A DNA stretch of 64,000 nt, taken from assembly GCA_019326865.1 (NCBI GenBank), contig GCA_019326865.1_4101.1, one strand, 5' to 3'. The position numbers and the translations under genes are program-made. The stretch comes from a phage. The notes under the pieces are model-generated. The model saw nothing but the letters and a program-made list of their open reading frames with translations, was not told the origin of the DNA and did no database searches. The first letter of the stretch is position 1, and every line of letters starts with the position of its first letter. This document shows positions 43,053 through 52,536 of the stretch, in pieces.

Positions 43053-43473
43053 AATAATGATAAACATTCCACCTACTTCGCTAACATATCTAATTGAATG
43101 TGGTATAAAATTTTCCGAAGGAGATATCTCATCTTATACATCGGTTGATGGTTCTTACAAATTTTTATACCAATCTTATAAAAATAATTCTAAAGTTTCT
43201 TGTAGAGAGGCTGACAACATATTAATAGATGTTTCGTTACATAATGTTCCGAAATTTTATATTGATATCTTTGGTGATTCTTTAACAATTCGAACATATG
43301 ATTATTTTATTAATAAAGACCTCTTGAATCTTTCAATCGATCATGATACAATAGATTCAGAACTTTTCTTTCAACTTTCAACGGTTTCTGATTTACAGGG
43401 TTTAACTGTTGAGCAATTGAATGGTCTGTTTAAGATTTCAAGAAACATACGAAGCAGGAATAAAAATGTCTAA
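43045..43473 (+). CDS. EExFFQ-motif family protein
   Basis: 142 aa; DSELFFQLSTVSDLQGLTVEQL. Confidence 0.55.
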   Translation: MIRIMINIPPTSLTYLIECGIKFSEGDISSYTSVDGSYKFLYQSYKNNSKVSCREADNILIDVSLHNVPKFYIDIFGDSLTIRTYDYFINKDLLNLSIDHDTIDSELFFQLSTVSDLQGLTVEQLNGLFKISRNIRSRNKNV

Positions 43474-43879
43474 TATTTTAAATGAAAAAACAGTTGATAT
43501 TGTCATTGATGTACTAGAGAACAGTAATACATTTGAGAAGAAATATAGAACAGTGTACTTTGGTGAATATTGCTGGATACACTATATTTCAGAAAATTTA
43601 TTTATAATTCGTGTTGAAACGGATGATATTGGATTAACTATAAATGCATCTAATAAAAGTGGTAAGAAAATAACTATTATTTCCGATAAATCAAGTACAT
43701 CTTCTTTCTATGATAGAATTGATGATTGTGATCACTTCACGTCATCATTTTATGAGACAGAAGAAGAACATTTTATGGCTAGTACTGTTAAAGAATTACC
43801 TATTCCATTCAAATTGATGAAAGCGACAAGGGATTTTATCTTAAAATATAAAAAATCAGGAGTTTATAATGACATTTAA
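43466..43879 (+). CDS. EExFFQ-motif family protein (divergent)
   Basis: Start ATG 43466 after AGGAA; TEEEHFMASTVKEL. Confidence 0.5.
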   Translation: MSNILNEKTVDIVIDVLENSNTFEKKYRTVYFGEYCWIHYISENLFIIRVETDDIGLTINASNKSGKKITIISDKSSTSSFYDRIDDCDHFTSSFYETEEEHFMASTVKELPIPFKLMKATRDFILKYKKSGVYNDI

Positions 43880-44318
43880 TGGTAATGTTTCTAAAGTGGG
43901 TTTAGTTTTTGAAAACTGTGAATTTGTTGAGATTGATGTAAATAATGTTTTATGGATGCATATTGCTGATGAAAAGACTCTTTGTAGCCGTTTTTCAAAT
44001 GGACTGACAATTAGTACTGGTATCGGTGAGTTTGGCATTGCATTACGTAGCAATACACCATCTGATTTCTTGGACAACTCCACATTGTTAGAACGTTTGA
44101 AAATGCGTGACGTGACACACGTTTATCTATATGATACTAACGGTGTTATTCAACGTTATGTAGTTGAATGGGCTGATTACAACCTTAATTGTCAATATTC
44201 CATAAACCAGCGTGTACAACTGACACCTGGTGGTAATATTGTGTTTGTTAGTTCAACTGGTAAATTAATCAGTGTAGATGATAAAAATATTGATTTGTTC
44301 ACTTTATATAATCAATAA
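43869..44318 (+). CDS. hypothetical protein
   Basis: ORF 149 aa. Confidence 0.5.
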   Translation: MTFNGNVSKVGLVFENCEFVEIDVNNVLWMHIADEKTLCSRFSNGLTISTGIGEFGIALRSNTPSDFLDNSTLLERLKMRDVTHVYLYDTNGVIQRYVVEWADYNLNCQYSINQRVQLTPGGNIVFVSSTGKLISVDDKNIDLFTLYNQ

Positions 44319-44351
44319 GATGATATTCTACATTTAGGTTGAGGGTAAAAA

Positions 44352-44717
44352 ATGATGAGCTTTATAACATTTACAATTATTTGTTGTATCACTATTATAA
44401 TTTGTCGTCTAATTCATGTATACTCATATCACAAAGCGTTGAGAATTGAGCAAGAGATTTATATTGAAAATCAACCAAAGAAAAAACCACCATCGCCTTA
44501 TGGATTGAAGCGTGAGATGCACTCTAAAAGTAAAGAGTGGGGGTATGCAATCACAAAACATGGTTACATTTATACAGCGAGTAATGGTTATTTTCAAATT
44601 CACCACAATTTAGATGTAGCTGTTAAGATTTTGTGGGAGATGGAGGATATTGGTGGTTATGAGCGTACTGAGTTTGAATTCATATCAAATGATACAGGAA
44701 CTTCACCAGAAGCATGA
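44352..44717 (+). CDS. membrane-anchored protein
   Basis: 121 aa; N-terminal TM helix. Confidence 0.5.
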   Translation: MMSFITFTIICCITIIICRLIHVYSYHKALRIEQEIYIENQPKKKPPSPYGLKREMHSKSKEWGYAITKHGYIYTASNGYFQIHHNLDVAVKILWEMEDIGGYERTEFEFISNDTGTSPEA

Positions 44718-44833
44718 TATAATTATTGAAGGAAGTATACCGTATGTTAGAAGACTTCCAATTAAAAGCATTTATAATGAAGTTCTGTACAGATGAACAT
44801 CTTACTGGACGAGTAATACGTAAGGAGTTGTAA

Positions 44834-45175
44834 ATGAACTTAAGTTCGACAATTCAGTTCTTGAGTAATAATTTCGAGAAAATAATTTCTCGCGGTGGAA
44901 TGATTGTACATCCAGACACAGATGAAATGTACATCATTGGGTTTGATAAAAATTCTTATGATCAAGTACTTGTAATTTCAAAGTTAGAACGTTATAATGA
45001 AGTGGTTCAGTTTTGTTGTACCGAATTTGGTATATACATCAAAGATGCTGAAACCAACACTATTTCACATTATTTTTACCATACGCTGATGGGTACTAAA
45101 GATTTTGGCTTGAAGTTTGATGATTTAGTACAATGTCATTATATGTTTAAAACCTTTCCTGCTAGTGGATACTAA
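44834..45175 (+). CDS. hypothetical protein
   Basis: ORF 113 aa. Confidence 0.5.
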   Translation: MNLSSTIQFLSNNFEKIISRGGMIVHPDTDEMYIIGFDKNSYDQVLVISKLERYNEVVQFCCTEFGIYIKDAETNTISHYFYHTLMGTKDFGLKFDDLVQCHYMFKTFPASGY

Positions 45176-45974
45176 GGAGTATTTCAATATGAACAACATT
45201 TTCTTCAAAACTATTTCTTTCAAAAAATCATCTTATTCTTACGCATATGTTGATGGCAAAGTACTCAATATTGTTCTTGATGGCGTTGATGTACCAGTTC
45301 AATTCAACTCATACGAAGAAGCAATTGATGGAGCAAAAGAATTGAATTCAATTCTTAATGGGGAAGTAAGTCTAAAACAAAATGTAAAATCCGATTTAGA
45401 TGTACTTTTGAAAAAAATTAAAAGTGGGGAAGTTCTGGAAATTTTAGAAAATTGCAATGAAAAACTATCTAATGTAGTAAATGATGTCCGTGAACATATT
45501 CAAGAAAAAGCACTAGACCAAGCATTTAAACATGTATCAAAAAAAGCTGAATCTCGAATCGATGGGATGGTTAAAAATATTGATGATGTTCTATCCCATC
45601 TCTTTACTAAAGAATACGAACAGGCCGCAGAAGAGCCAAAAGAAGAAGCAAAAAAAGAAAAACGTAGTTTTGGGTCCGGTGATGATGTGTTTGGTTTCAC
45701 TAATGTACGAACAAGTTCAGATGAACCAAAGGAAATCAGTGAAATGCTTATTGGTGATATGACAACTACACAGCTTCGTAAAGAAATTGATAAGTTTGTT
45801 ACTACATCAGTACAATCAGAACGTGCACAAAATATGTTTAAAAGCATTAGTGATAATTTTGGACCAGAAGCAACTGAACAAGCACTAACTGCATTTAAAG
45901 AATTGATTTATAATGTAGCTATTCGCAATCCAGAAAAAACGCTTGAAGAAGTTCTGCGTGATAATTTCAAATAA
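45165..45974 (+). CDS. hypothetical protein
   Basis: ORF 269 aa. Confidence 0.55.
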   Translation: MDTKEYFNMNNIFFKTISFKKSSYSYAYVDGKVLNIVLDGVDVPVQFNSYEEAIDGAKELNSILNGEVSLKQNVKSDLDVLLKKIKSGEVLEILENCNEKLSNVVNDVREHIQEKALDQAFKHVSKKAESRIDGMVKNIDDVLSHLFTKEYEQAAEEPKEEAKKEKRSFGSGDDVFGFTNVRTSSDEPKEISEMLIGDMTTTQLRKEIDKFVTTSVQSERAQNMFKSISDNFGPEATEQALTAFKELIYNVAIRNPEKTLEEVLRDNFK

Positions 45975-45987
45975 TTAGATAAAATTA

Positions 45988-46018
45988 AAGCCACTACAGT
46001 GTAGTGGCTTTTTTATTA
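45988..46018 (+). terminator. rho-independent terminator
   Basis: AAGCCACTAC agtg TAGTGGCTT followed by TTTTATT. Confidence 0.65.
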
Positions 46019-46240
46019 TTCGTTGTAACCAACAAATACAGGAGAAATAATATTATCTATATCACAAACGATAATACTAGATCCACTAAACTTATATCTT
46101 CCCCCGATATAATTGTTCTTGACATTTATTACACAATTGGTATAATTATTATAACATATTTATTAGGTATAACAAAAAAATGCTTGACTAGTGCATGACA
46201 AAATGCTACTATATAGCGAATGAATAAATGAGGTGTTTTT

Positions 46241-46825
46241 ATGAATGTTATTGACGATAGATTAGTGCTGAAAAATGGAAAAATGACAGTTAAGTTATAC
46301 AAAGATGAAGCTGATTCATTTATGGCAAAAGCTATTGAGAAATCAGAGAGATATAAACTACTAGCACCTGCAAGTAGATCTCCCTACGGTTTTAATCATG
46401 CACATAGTCATTTTGTTGGTATGGTGTGTGAACATGCATCTTTAGTTCTTTTTAATGAAATTGAAAATAATACCGGTATTAAACTTAACATCGATGCTGC
46501 ATTTCAGAATGAAGCACGTGATGGTGAATGTGATATTAAAGTAAACAATCTTCGCATAGAAGTTAAAGGTATTAAGTATAAATCTTGGACGGACTTTGGT
46601 CCATGTGTTAGTACTCGACAACTAAAAAATATTCAGAAAAAAGCTGACGTGATCCTATGGGTGTTGTATAATGAGAAAAAACAAGAGTTCACGTTTGAGG
46701 GATTTAACTATGTAAAAGATATTAGTTCTATCCCAGTTATTCTAACTGGTGTTCCTGGGCGACCTATGATTGAAAATCACCCAGTGCTAAGTATTATGAA
46801 ACCACTACAGGAGTTACCGTTATGA
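46241..46825 (+). CDS. hypothetical protein, possible PD-(D/E)xK-like nuclease
   Basis: 194 aa; segment NIDAAF..DGECDIKVNNLRIEVKG compatible with D...(D/E)xK core. Confidence 0.35.
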   Translation: MNVIDDRLVLKNGKMTVKLYKDEADSFMAKAIEKSERYKLLAPASRSPYGFNHAHSHFVGMVCEHASLVLFNEIENNTGIKLNIDAAFQNEARDGECDIKVNNLRIEVKGIKYKSWTDFGPCVSTRQLKNIQKKADVILWVLYNEKKQEFTFEGFNYVKDISSIPVILTGVPGRPMIENHPVLSIMKPLQELPL

Positions 46826-47049
46826 TTAATGCAAATGTATATCAAGATATTAATGAAGAATTTAATTCTAAAATTGCTTTTTTGTCATTTCCAGTACTAC
46901 CCGAAATTGGTTCATCTTTAAATTTAAAAATTTGTGGGTTTGAAAAATATTATGAAGTAATAGATATTGAGTACTGTGCTGATGTTTATTCATGTAATAG
47001 TGAATTTGCCATTCCGGTATCAATCGATATTATCGTAAAAGAGGTTTAA
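46822..47049 (+). CDS. hypothetical small protein
   Basis: ORF 75 aa, ATGA overlap. Confidence 0.45.
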   Translation: MINANVYQDINEEFNSKIAFLSFPVLPEIGSSLNLKICGFEKYYEVIDIEYCADVYSCNSEFAIPVSIDIIVKEV

Positions 47050-47052
47050 AAT

Positions 47053-47508
47053 ATGTTTAAAAATTTTATTGTTATTGTAGCAGTACTGTTTGGTGCATCA
47101 TGTTTTATTTCCCCTGTACATGCAGAAGAACAACGACAAACAATTAAAACAATCGGTACTGGTAAAACTCCACCTAAACGTACTGCTGAAGAATATATGC
47201 CTGAGATGCGTGAACGTTATCGCCAGACATATAGGGAAAAACATGCAAATGATAAACCAATCAAGAAACACAAATGGGAAGTCGTTAAATCACCTTCATT
47301 TTGTGCTGGATATGCTAAAGTAAAAGTTGAGCAACACAAAAACCAGTACTACAAAGATATGTATTATTTCTATAACTCCAGAATCTCAGACACTGATATG
47401 ATGGCAGGGAAAGTTAACAAAGAAGAGTTTCTTCAAGGTTATGATATGATGGATGATGATAAGATTATGGAATGTGTGGAAGTATATGAGAAATACAGAG
47501 GGTTCTAA
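47053..47508 (+). CDS. secreted protein (N-terminal signal peptide)
   Basis: 151 aa; signal-like MFKNFIVIVAVLFGASCFISPVHA then charged mature region. Confidence 0.5.
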   Translation: MFKNFIVIVAVLFGASCFISPVHAEEQRQTIKTIGTGKTPPKRTAEEYMPEMRERYRQTYREKHANDKPIKKHKWEVVKSPSFCAGYAKVKVEQHKNQYYKDMYYFYNSRISDTDMMAGKVNKEEFLQGYDMMDDDKIMECVEVYEKYRGF

Positions 47509-47978
47509 TGCTAACAATGGTATTATTATCAAGCCCGTTTGCTTATTTTATTCTGTATAATATTTTTAGTAATGCTCATCATTTTAAATACGCACAAACA
47601 ATTGCAAAACATGAAGGATTTTGGAATTTTTTTCCAGCGTTATTATGTTCCTATCAATATCATGAACGCTATTTTATATTTCCAGAATATCAAAACTATG
47701 CATATGATTCTAAAGTAAATGCATTGATTGAGTACTGCATAAGAAACTATTTGAATAATAGTAATGATAATGTTCAGATACTAATAGGAAATGGTAGGAT
47801 TCCAAGAATAGTTTTTATATCTGATATACAAGACCCGATTTACTTATATCTATATGAATATAGTATCAAGGCTGGTGGTCCTATGCACGGAAGTAGATCC
47901 ATGTATGATTACTTCATATTGCCACCAACGCATATCAGGCTAATAGAAAAATACTTAAAAAATATTGACAAAAAATGA
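47508..47978 (+). CDS. hypothetical protein
   Basis: ORF 156 aa. Confidence 0.5.
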   Translation: MLTMVLLSSPFAYFILYNIFSNAHHFKYAQTIAKHEGFWNFFPALLCSYQYHERYFIFPEYQNYAYDSKVNALIEYCIRNYLNNSNDNVQILIGNGRIPRIVFISDIQDPIYLYLYEYSIKAGGPMHGSRSMYDYFILPPTHIRLIEKYLKNIDKK

Positions 47979-47994
47979 TTAGTAGTATTATAAT
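47965..47994 (+). promoter_or_regulatory. sigma70-like promoter (TTGACA-18-TATAAT)
   Basis: Consensus hexamers upstream of ORF 48027. Confidence 0.45.
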
Positions 47995-48026
47995 CATAAT
48001 ACCATCTAACCAAAGAGGAATGGAAA

Positions 48027-48485
48027 ATGGACGTATTAGCTACCAACTTCAAACGTAATACTGAAGAACGTGAAGGATATCTTAGTATTAATGATGTAGT
48101 TGCCGACAATTTTAAACAATACATTTTTAATAGTGCAATTAAATTAAAATGCACAAAAGATGCACCTGACCGTAGTTTTACTAAATGGATTGCATACTGG
48201 GAAGATTCCCCTATTGCAATTGAAATGACAGTCATTACTACTGTTCTTGAAACTGGTTACATTAAAGCAATTGTAGTTGATAAAAAAGTTCACACACTAG
48301 ATGAAATTAATCCATATCCAGCACGAAACTCTAAAGTTTTTGGTGTATTAGTTGATGGTAAATTTATGATAGAAAAAGATGCAAAGGAATATGTAATTAA
48401 CAAACTTCAATCTACGGCAGAAAAAAAAGAAGTGGTGGACCAAAACTCAGTTGATGCAATTAAAAAAGCATGGGGATTGAACTAA
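48027..48485 (+). CDS. hypothetical protein
   Basis: ORF 152 aa. Confidence 0.5.
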   Translation: MDVLATNFKRNTEEREGYLSINDVVADNFKQYIFNSAIKLKCTKDAPDRSFTKWIAYWEDSPIAIEMTVITTVLETGYIKAIVVDKKVHTLDEINPYPARNSKVFGVLVDGKFMIEKDAKEYVINKLQSTAEKKEVVDQNSVDAIKKAWGLN

Positions 48486-48486
48486 T

Positions 48487-48906
48487 ATGTTCACACTAAG
48501 TAATACAAAATATCTTTTTCTTATTAGTATTATTGGTTGGGTTATGGCTCCAGTGCTAAATGCACTGGGGTTTCCAGATGAACACAAACTTGTCATCGTT
48601 TCAGGCGTAATTCAGGGTATTTCATGGTATACATTGATTATATTTTCAGTGTGCATCAATACATTTGCCCGTGATTATCGACGTTTTTTATATCTGAAAG
48701 TATTTGGAACTACACGATACAGTTTTGTTTATACTTTTATTTTAGTACCGTGCATGTTATATGCATTTGTATTTGATTACTATACATACCTATGGGTATG
48801 TGGAACTATGTTTGTCATGTTGGAATATATCAGAACAGTGCAAAATTCATATGCTGACGAGTATTATGATTTAGAAGTTAAACGACAATTAACGGAGATA
48901 AACTAA
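48487..48906 (+). CDS. integral membrane protein
   Basis: 139 aa; about 4 hydrophobic helices. Confidence 0.5.
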   Translation: MFTLSNTKYLFLISIIGWVMAPVLNALGFPDEHKLVIVSGVIQGISWYTLIIFSVCINTFARDYRRFLYLKVFGTTRYSFVYTFILVPCMLYAFVFDYYTYLWVCGTMFVMLEYIRTVQNSYADEYYDLEVKRQLTEIN

Positions 48907-49331
48907 TGAGAGCGTATAATAAGATTTGTATTTTTGTATTTTTAGTTTGTGCATTCAATTCATTTGGATACTACTGCATCGAAAACAACATTTCATATGG
49001 TTTAAATCCGTTATGGTTTTCAATTGCCAATGTAGTACAAATAAGTATTGCTGTTTTAGCCGCACTTATGTTCTGTCCAATTGTCACAATAGATAGTGAA
49101 TATGAAAAGCTTGGATTTCTACGTGATACGGGAGATGAACCTTACAATAAATGGTTAGTATTGTATCCATTTTTAATGATGCTAGGTATTAATATTCAAT
49201 TAGGTGCAACAACCAATAGTATTACATCAGCAGCCATTGCTGTATTTGCATTCACATTTTTAACGATTCACCGCTCAATATGTCATTGGCACATTACAAA
49301 AATGGCAGAGGAAGGTACTCAAAATACTTGA
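48906..49331 (+). CDS. integral membrane protein
   Basis: 141 aa; about 4 hydrophobic helices. Confidence 0.5.
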   Translation: MRAYNKICIFVFLVCAFNSFGYYCIENNISYGLNPLWFSIANVVQISIAVLAALMFCPIVTIDSEYEKLGFLRDTGDEPYNKWLVLYPFLMMLGINIQLGATTNSITSAAIAVFAFTFLTIHRSICHWHITKMAEEGTQNT

Positions 49332-49355
49332 CATAATTTAGTATTTTATATATAA
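49327..49355 (+). promoter_or_regulatory. sigma70-like promoter (TTGACA-17-TATAAT)
   Basis: Consensus hexamers upstream of ORF 49390. Confidence 0.5.
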
Positions 49356-49389
49356 TTATTTCATAAAAAGAAATTTGAGTGAGGAACTT

Positions 49390-49641
49390 ATGAACATTGA
49401 TAAGGTCAAAGAAATTAGTGCAGCACTAATTAAAAATGAAGAAGTTTGTGAAGAACTTCGCAGTACTATCAAAGTTGAGTACGCGAGATTGCAAGGTATG
49501 CTTCAAGAATCTGAATGGGTAGTAACTAAATCTATCGAAGCAATCTATAAGGATATCGAATCCCTTTTCAACAAGAAAAGTAAGATTGAATCTGATTCAT
49601 ACAATAAGCGTAAAGAATTAAATTCAGCACTCGGTATTTAA
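49390..49641 (+). CDS. hypothetical small protein
   Basis: Start ATG 49390 after GAGGAA; 83 aa. Confidence 0.45.
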   Translation: MNIDKVKEISAALIKNEEVCEELRSTIKVEYARLQGMLQESEWVVTKSIEAIYKDIESLFNKKSKIESDSYNKRKELNSALGI

Positions 49642-49648
49642 AATTCAT

Positions 49649-49676
49649 TTGACATAATAAAAACATGGAGTACAAT
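49649..49676 (+). promoter_or_regulatory. sigma70-like promoter (TTGACA-16-TACAAT)
   Basis: Upstream of ORF 49715. Confidence 0.4.
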
Positions 49677-49714
49677 GTACTCCTAATTTAATTATAAGAT
49701 AAAAGGAAATCATT

Positions 49715-49975
49715 GTGAAATCTATTCTTGTAGCAGTTAATCTTATTGCTTCCCCATCTTTTAACTTCAAAAAAGTTGTTGCTGATAATCTGAAGAAGAT
49801 CTGTCCAAACGCTGAATTGACTTTTTGTGTGTTTGATTCAGAAAAAGTAACTAAAGTTGATTTGAACTATATTTTGAACGATGTACAAGGTATTTCCGGT
49901 GAAAACAACTTAAAAGTTCTTCGTGAGATTGCAGACGATTATGATGACACTTTAGTAATTTCGGAGAAAATCTAA
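49715..49975 (+). CDS. hypothetical small protein (GTG start)
   Basis: ORF 86 aa; AAGGAA upstream. Confidence 0.4.
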   Translation: MKSILVAVNLIASPSFNFKKVVADNLKKICPNAELTFCVFDSEKVTKVDLNYILNDVQGISGENNLKVLREIADDYDDTLVISEKI

Positions 49976-49980
49976 ATCAA

Positions 49981-50400
49981 ATGATTAGATTCATTCAGTA
50001 CTTAATCATTAATTTTTTTGGCTATCATACGATTGAAGGAAAAGCTACACTTGCACATAAAATTTTTGTAGCATTATGTACAGGTGATTATGACGTATTG
50101 AATAAGTACTGTAAATCTCAAGCATGTATTGATATAATGGCACTTCGTATCTATGAGTGCCAGTTCTTTAGATACAATTTTTACCAGTACAGATTTGATA
50201 AACAAGAATTTGATAGTTTTGAAATGTTAAAAAATTTATGCAACAATAAAAAGAATATGCATATATCAGAATTTGTTGCTTTGTATTTTTATTTAAAAAG
50301 TTCATTGTTTATGAATACGAGTCAACTTTTTGATACTAGATTTAATGTATTCAAAGGTAAAGAATTTGACATATATGATAAATTCTTAGATAAGGTGTAA
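49981..50400 (+). CDS. hypothetical protein
   Basis: ORF 139 aa. Confidence 0.5.
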   Translation: MIRFIQYLIINFFGYHTIEGKATLAHKIFVALCTGDYDVLNKYCKSQACIDIMALRIYECQFFRYNFYQYRFDKQEFDSFEMLKNLCNNKKNMHISEFVALYFYLKSSLFMNTSQLFDTRFNVFKGKEFDIYDKFLDKV

Positions 50401-50401
50401 T

Positions 50402-50899
50402 ATGACAACTGTTTATATTGATAAACGATTAAATTTGTTGATTACCGATTCTAGAGTTACATTAACTATACCACGAAACTTATTTGGTCTTTTCCCACTA
50501 AGACCAAAATATCAATATGGAATTGTTAATCAAAAAACTTTGTATGTACATGATCGTTTATTCAGTGCTAGTGGTTCGGTAAGTGAAATTGATAAAGTAC
50601 TTAATTGGTTGATTAACAAAGTACCAATTATCCCTGACAGAAAATTAAGTTGTCATTGTATTCTACTTTCCAAAGATTATATCATTCATTTGATTTTATC
50701 TAATGGTGAGTTTACAAAAAAACTTGAGTATCTACATAAAGACTACACATTCTTTATGGGAAGTGGTGGGGAATACATGGTAGATGCAGCTATTCATGAA
50801 GAGTATACAACTTTATATGATAAAGTACTTAGAACTTTTATGGATGTGCATAATCATGATTGTTTCACCGATGATAATATTAATGTATATCGTTTTTGA
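50402..50899 (+). CDS. hypothetical protein
   Basis: ORF 165 aa. Confidence 0.5.
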   Translation: MTTVYIDKRLNLLITDSRVTLTIPRNLFGLFPLRPKYQYGIVNQKTLYVHDRLFSASGSVSEIDKVLNWLINKVPIIPDRKLSCHCILLSKDYIIHLILSNGEFTKKLEYLHKDYTFFMGSGGEYMVDAAIHEEYTTLYDKVLRTFMDVHNHDCFTDDNINVYRF

Positions 50900-50920
50900 T
50901 TTTTTCATTAGGAGACGTAA

Positions 50921-51874
50921 TTGAAAAAACTAGATTTGAATGCAATTGCAGATGAAGTACTGGATGAATGTTTTTCTAGTGAAGAAGTCAATACACTTGA
51001 TGCATTAGATTCAGTTCAAGATGAAGATAAAGTTCAAAGTAATTTCAAGTTTAATATTAGTCTTAAGCGTCCACATAATGTAACAAATGAAGATCTAATT
51101 CGTGATATTCAAGCTGGAATCAATGTAAAGAAAAACACTGAACTATTAGTTCGTTATAATTATGGACTAATTGTTGATGTTGCAAGTAAATGCACATGTT
51201 ATATCCCATTTGAAGATAAGATATCATATGGTATTGAGGGATTCATGCGAGCACTAAAAACATTTGATCTTAGTAAGAATGTCAAGTTCGTTACATACGC
51301 ATCTTCCAGCATTTATATGACAGTATACAATGAAAGTTCAGATGCCAATCATCTGGTACATTTTCCCCGCTATATGAGTGTTAATAAGATCCAAGTTAAA
51401 CGCTTTTGTCATGAATACGAGCGTAAGCACGGTTGTCGTCCAACACCTGAACAAATTTCAGAGGGAACGGGAATTGAAATTCAACATGTAAAGAATTGTT
51501 TGTTATTCCAAAGTGAATATACGGCATTGGATGCACCATTGGATGGTGTTTCGGATGGTACGTTAAGTGATATTCTTCATACATCTGCTTGCGATTATAA
51601 TCTTAGTGTTGATAGTATTCGTGCACCGTTGCGTTATGTCATTAATGATCTAACACATGAATTGAGTACAAAAGAACGTGAAATTATCCAGCGTGTTCAT
51701 GGTTTAGGTGAATTTAATCCTGAATCACTACGTGAAATTGCTGATAGTGGGTTTGTTGATGACAATGGTAAATGTGTTAAATCAAGATCATCTGTGCACC
51801 GTAAATATAGTGAAGCTATAAAAAAGCTTAAGAAATTAGTACTTGAAAAAGGGTACGAATACGAAGATTTCTAA
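50921..51874 (+). CDS. sigma70-family RNA polymerase sigma factor-like protein (TTG start)
   Basis: 317 aa; region 2.2-like GIEGFMRALKTFDLSKNVKFVTYASSSI, region 2.3/2.4-like HLVHFPRYMSVNKIQ..GCRPTPEQISE, region 4-like EREIIQRVHGLGE..SLREIAD...KSRSSVHRKYSEAIKKLKK; AGGAG before TTG. Confidence 0.6.
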   Translation: MKKLDLNAIADEVLDECFSSEEVNTLDALDSVQDEDKVQSNFKFNISLKRPHNVTNEDLIRDIQAGINVKKNTELLVRYNYGLIVDVASKCTCYIPFEDKISYGIEGFMRALKTFDLSKNVKFVTYASSSIYMTVYNESSDANHLVHFPRYMSVNKIQVKRFCHEYERKHGCRPTPEQISEGTGIEIQHVKNCLLFQSEYTALDAPLDGVSDGTLSDILHTSACDYNLSVDSIRAPLRYVINDLTHELSTKEREIIQRVHGLGEFNPESLREIADSGFVDDNGKCVKSRSSVHRKYSEAIKKLKKLVLEKGYEYEDF

Positions 51875-51881
51875 AGAACAA

Positions 51882-51910
51882 GGGTTGACTTAGGTCAGCC
51901 CTTTTTTTAT
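51882..51910 (+). terminator. rho-independent terminator (GGGTTGAC ttag GTCAGCCC + T7)
   Basis: Member of 3-copy terminator family (also 60001, 62796). Confidence 0.7.
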
Positions 51911-51959
51911 GGGACAAATTATAAAGTTATGATATACTTATTGTGTACAATTTTGTTGA

Positions 51960-52440
51960 ATGCAGAAATGCATATAAATTAGAACCTGATCCTATCGAAA
52001 ATGTAGATGGCAGATGAGCAGTTCAACAATGCGATGAGCAAAAGAAACCCGTTAGATGTGGGCATAGTTTGAACCCCTCACGGCAATGCGGCTCAATAAA
52101 GAACCATGTTAGGATAGATAATGGTTCCTTGATAGACATATAAGGATAACACCTTACGAATTATCTAAGGGAGAGTTATCAAATTTTGTACAGGAAAGTT
52201 GCGTCCAAAATTTGAGTACTCACATTAAGTATTTGATTGCATAGATACTTAATGAAGATACACTATGTTTAAAAGTGTAGACCGTCATATGAAACTGAAG
52301 TAGAGAGAAACAGGATGACCCGCTTTCGCACTCACTATGAGTAATCTTCAATGCAATAGCACTGATACCATCAGCGTCAAATTTCCCTCCGCAGTGGGGG
52401 GAAGAAAAATCACCTCCTCAAATCCCGTCAATATTAAAAG
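51960..52440 (+). other. ORF-free, hairpin-rich region: candidate structured non-coding RNA or cis-regulatory element
   Basis: No ORF >=60 aa on either strand; several nested/serial inverted repeats (AACCAT..ATGGTT; GATAAC[CCTTA..TAAGG]GTTATC; CATTAAGT..ACTTAATG; ACACT..AGTGT; CTGAT..ATCAG). Confidence 0.3.
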
Positions 52441-52443
52441 TCC

Positions 52444-52472
52444 TTGACAGTTATTAATCATTCGCGTAGAAT
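52444..52472 (+). promoter_or_regulatory. sigma70-like promoter (TTGACA-17-TAGAAT)
   Basis: Upstream of ORF 52537. Confidence 0.5.
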
Positions 52473-52536
52473 ACGTAGTATTAGAAGCGAACAGACATCT
52501 CGAAGAGATGGATGATTAACTATTGAGGAATATCCA

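Noticed and set aside
51960-52440. Group I/II intron or retron in the ORF-free structured region
   Set aside because: No split host gene flanks it (upstream gene ends with its own stop and terminator), no reverse transcriptase is nearby, and I could not identify the canonical P7/G-binding or domain V consensus by eye. Left as an unassigned structured element.
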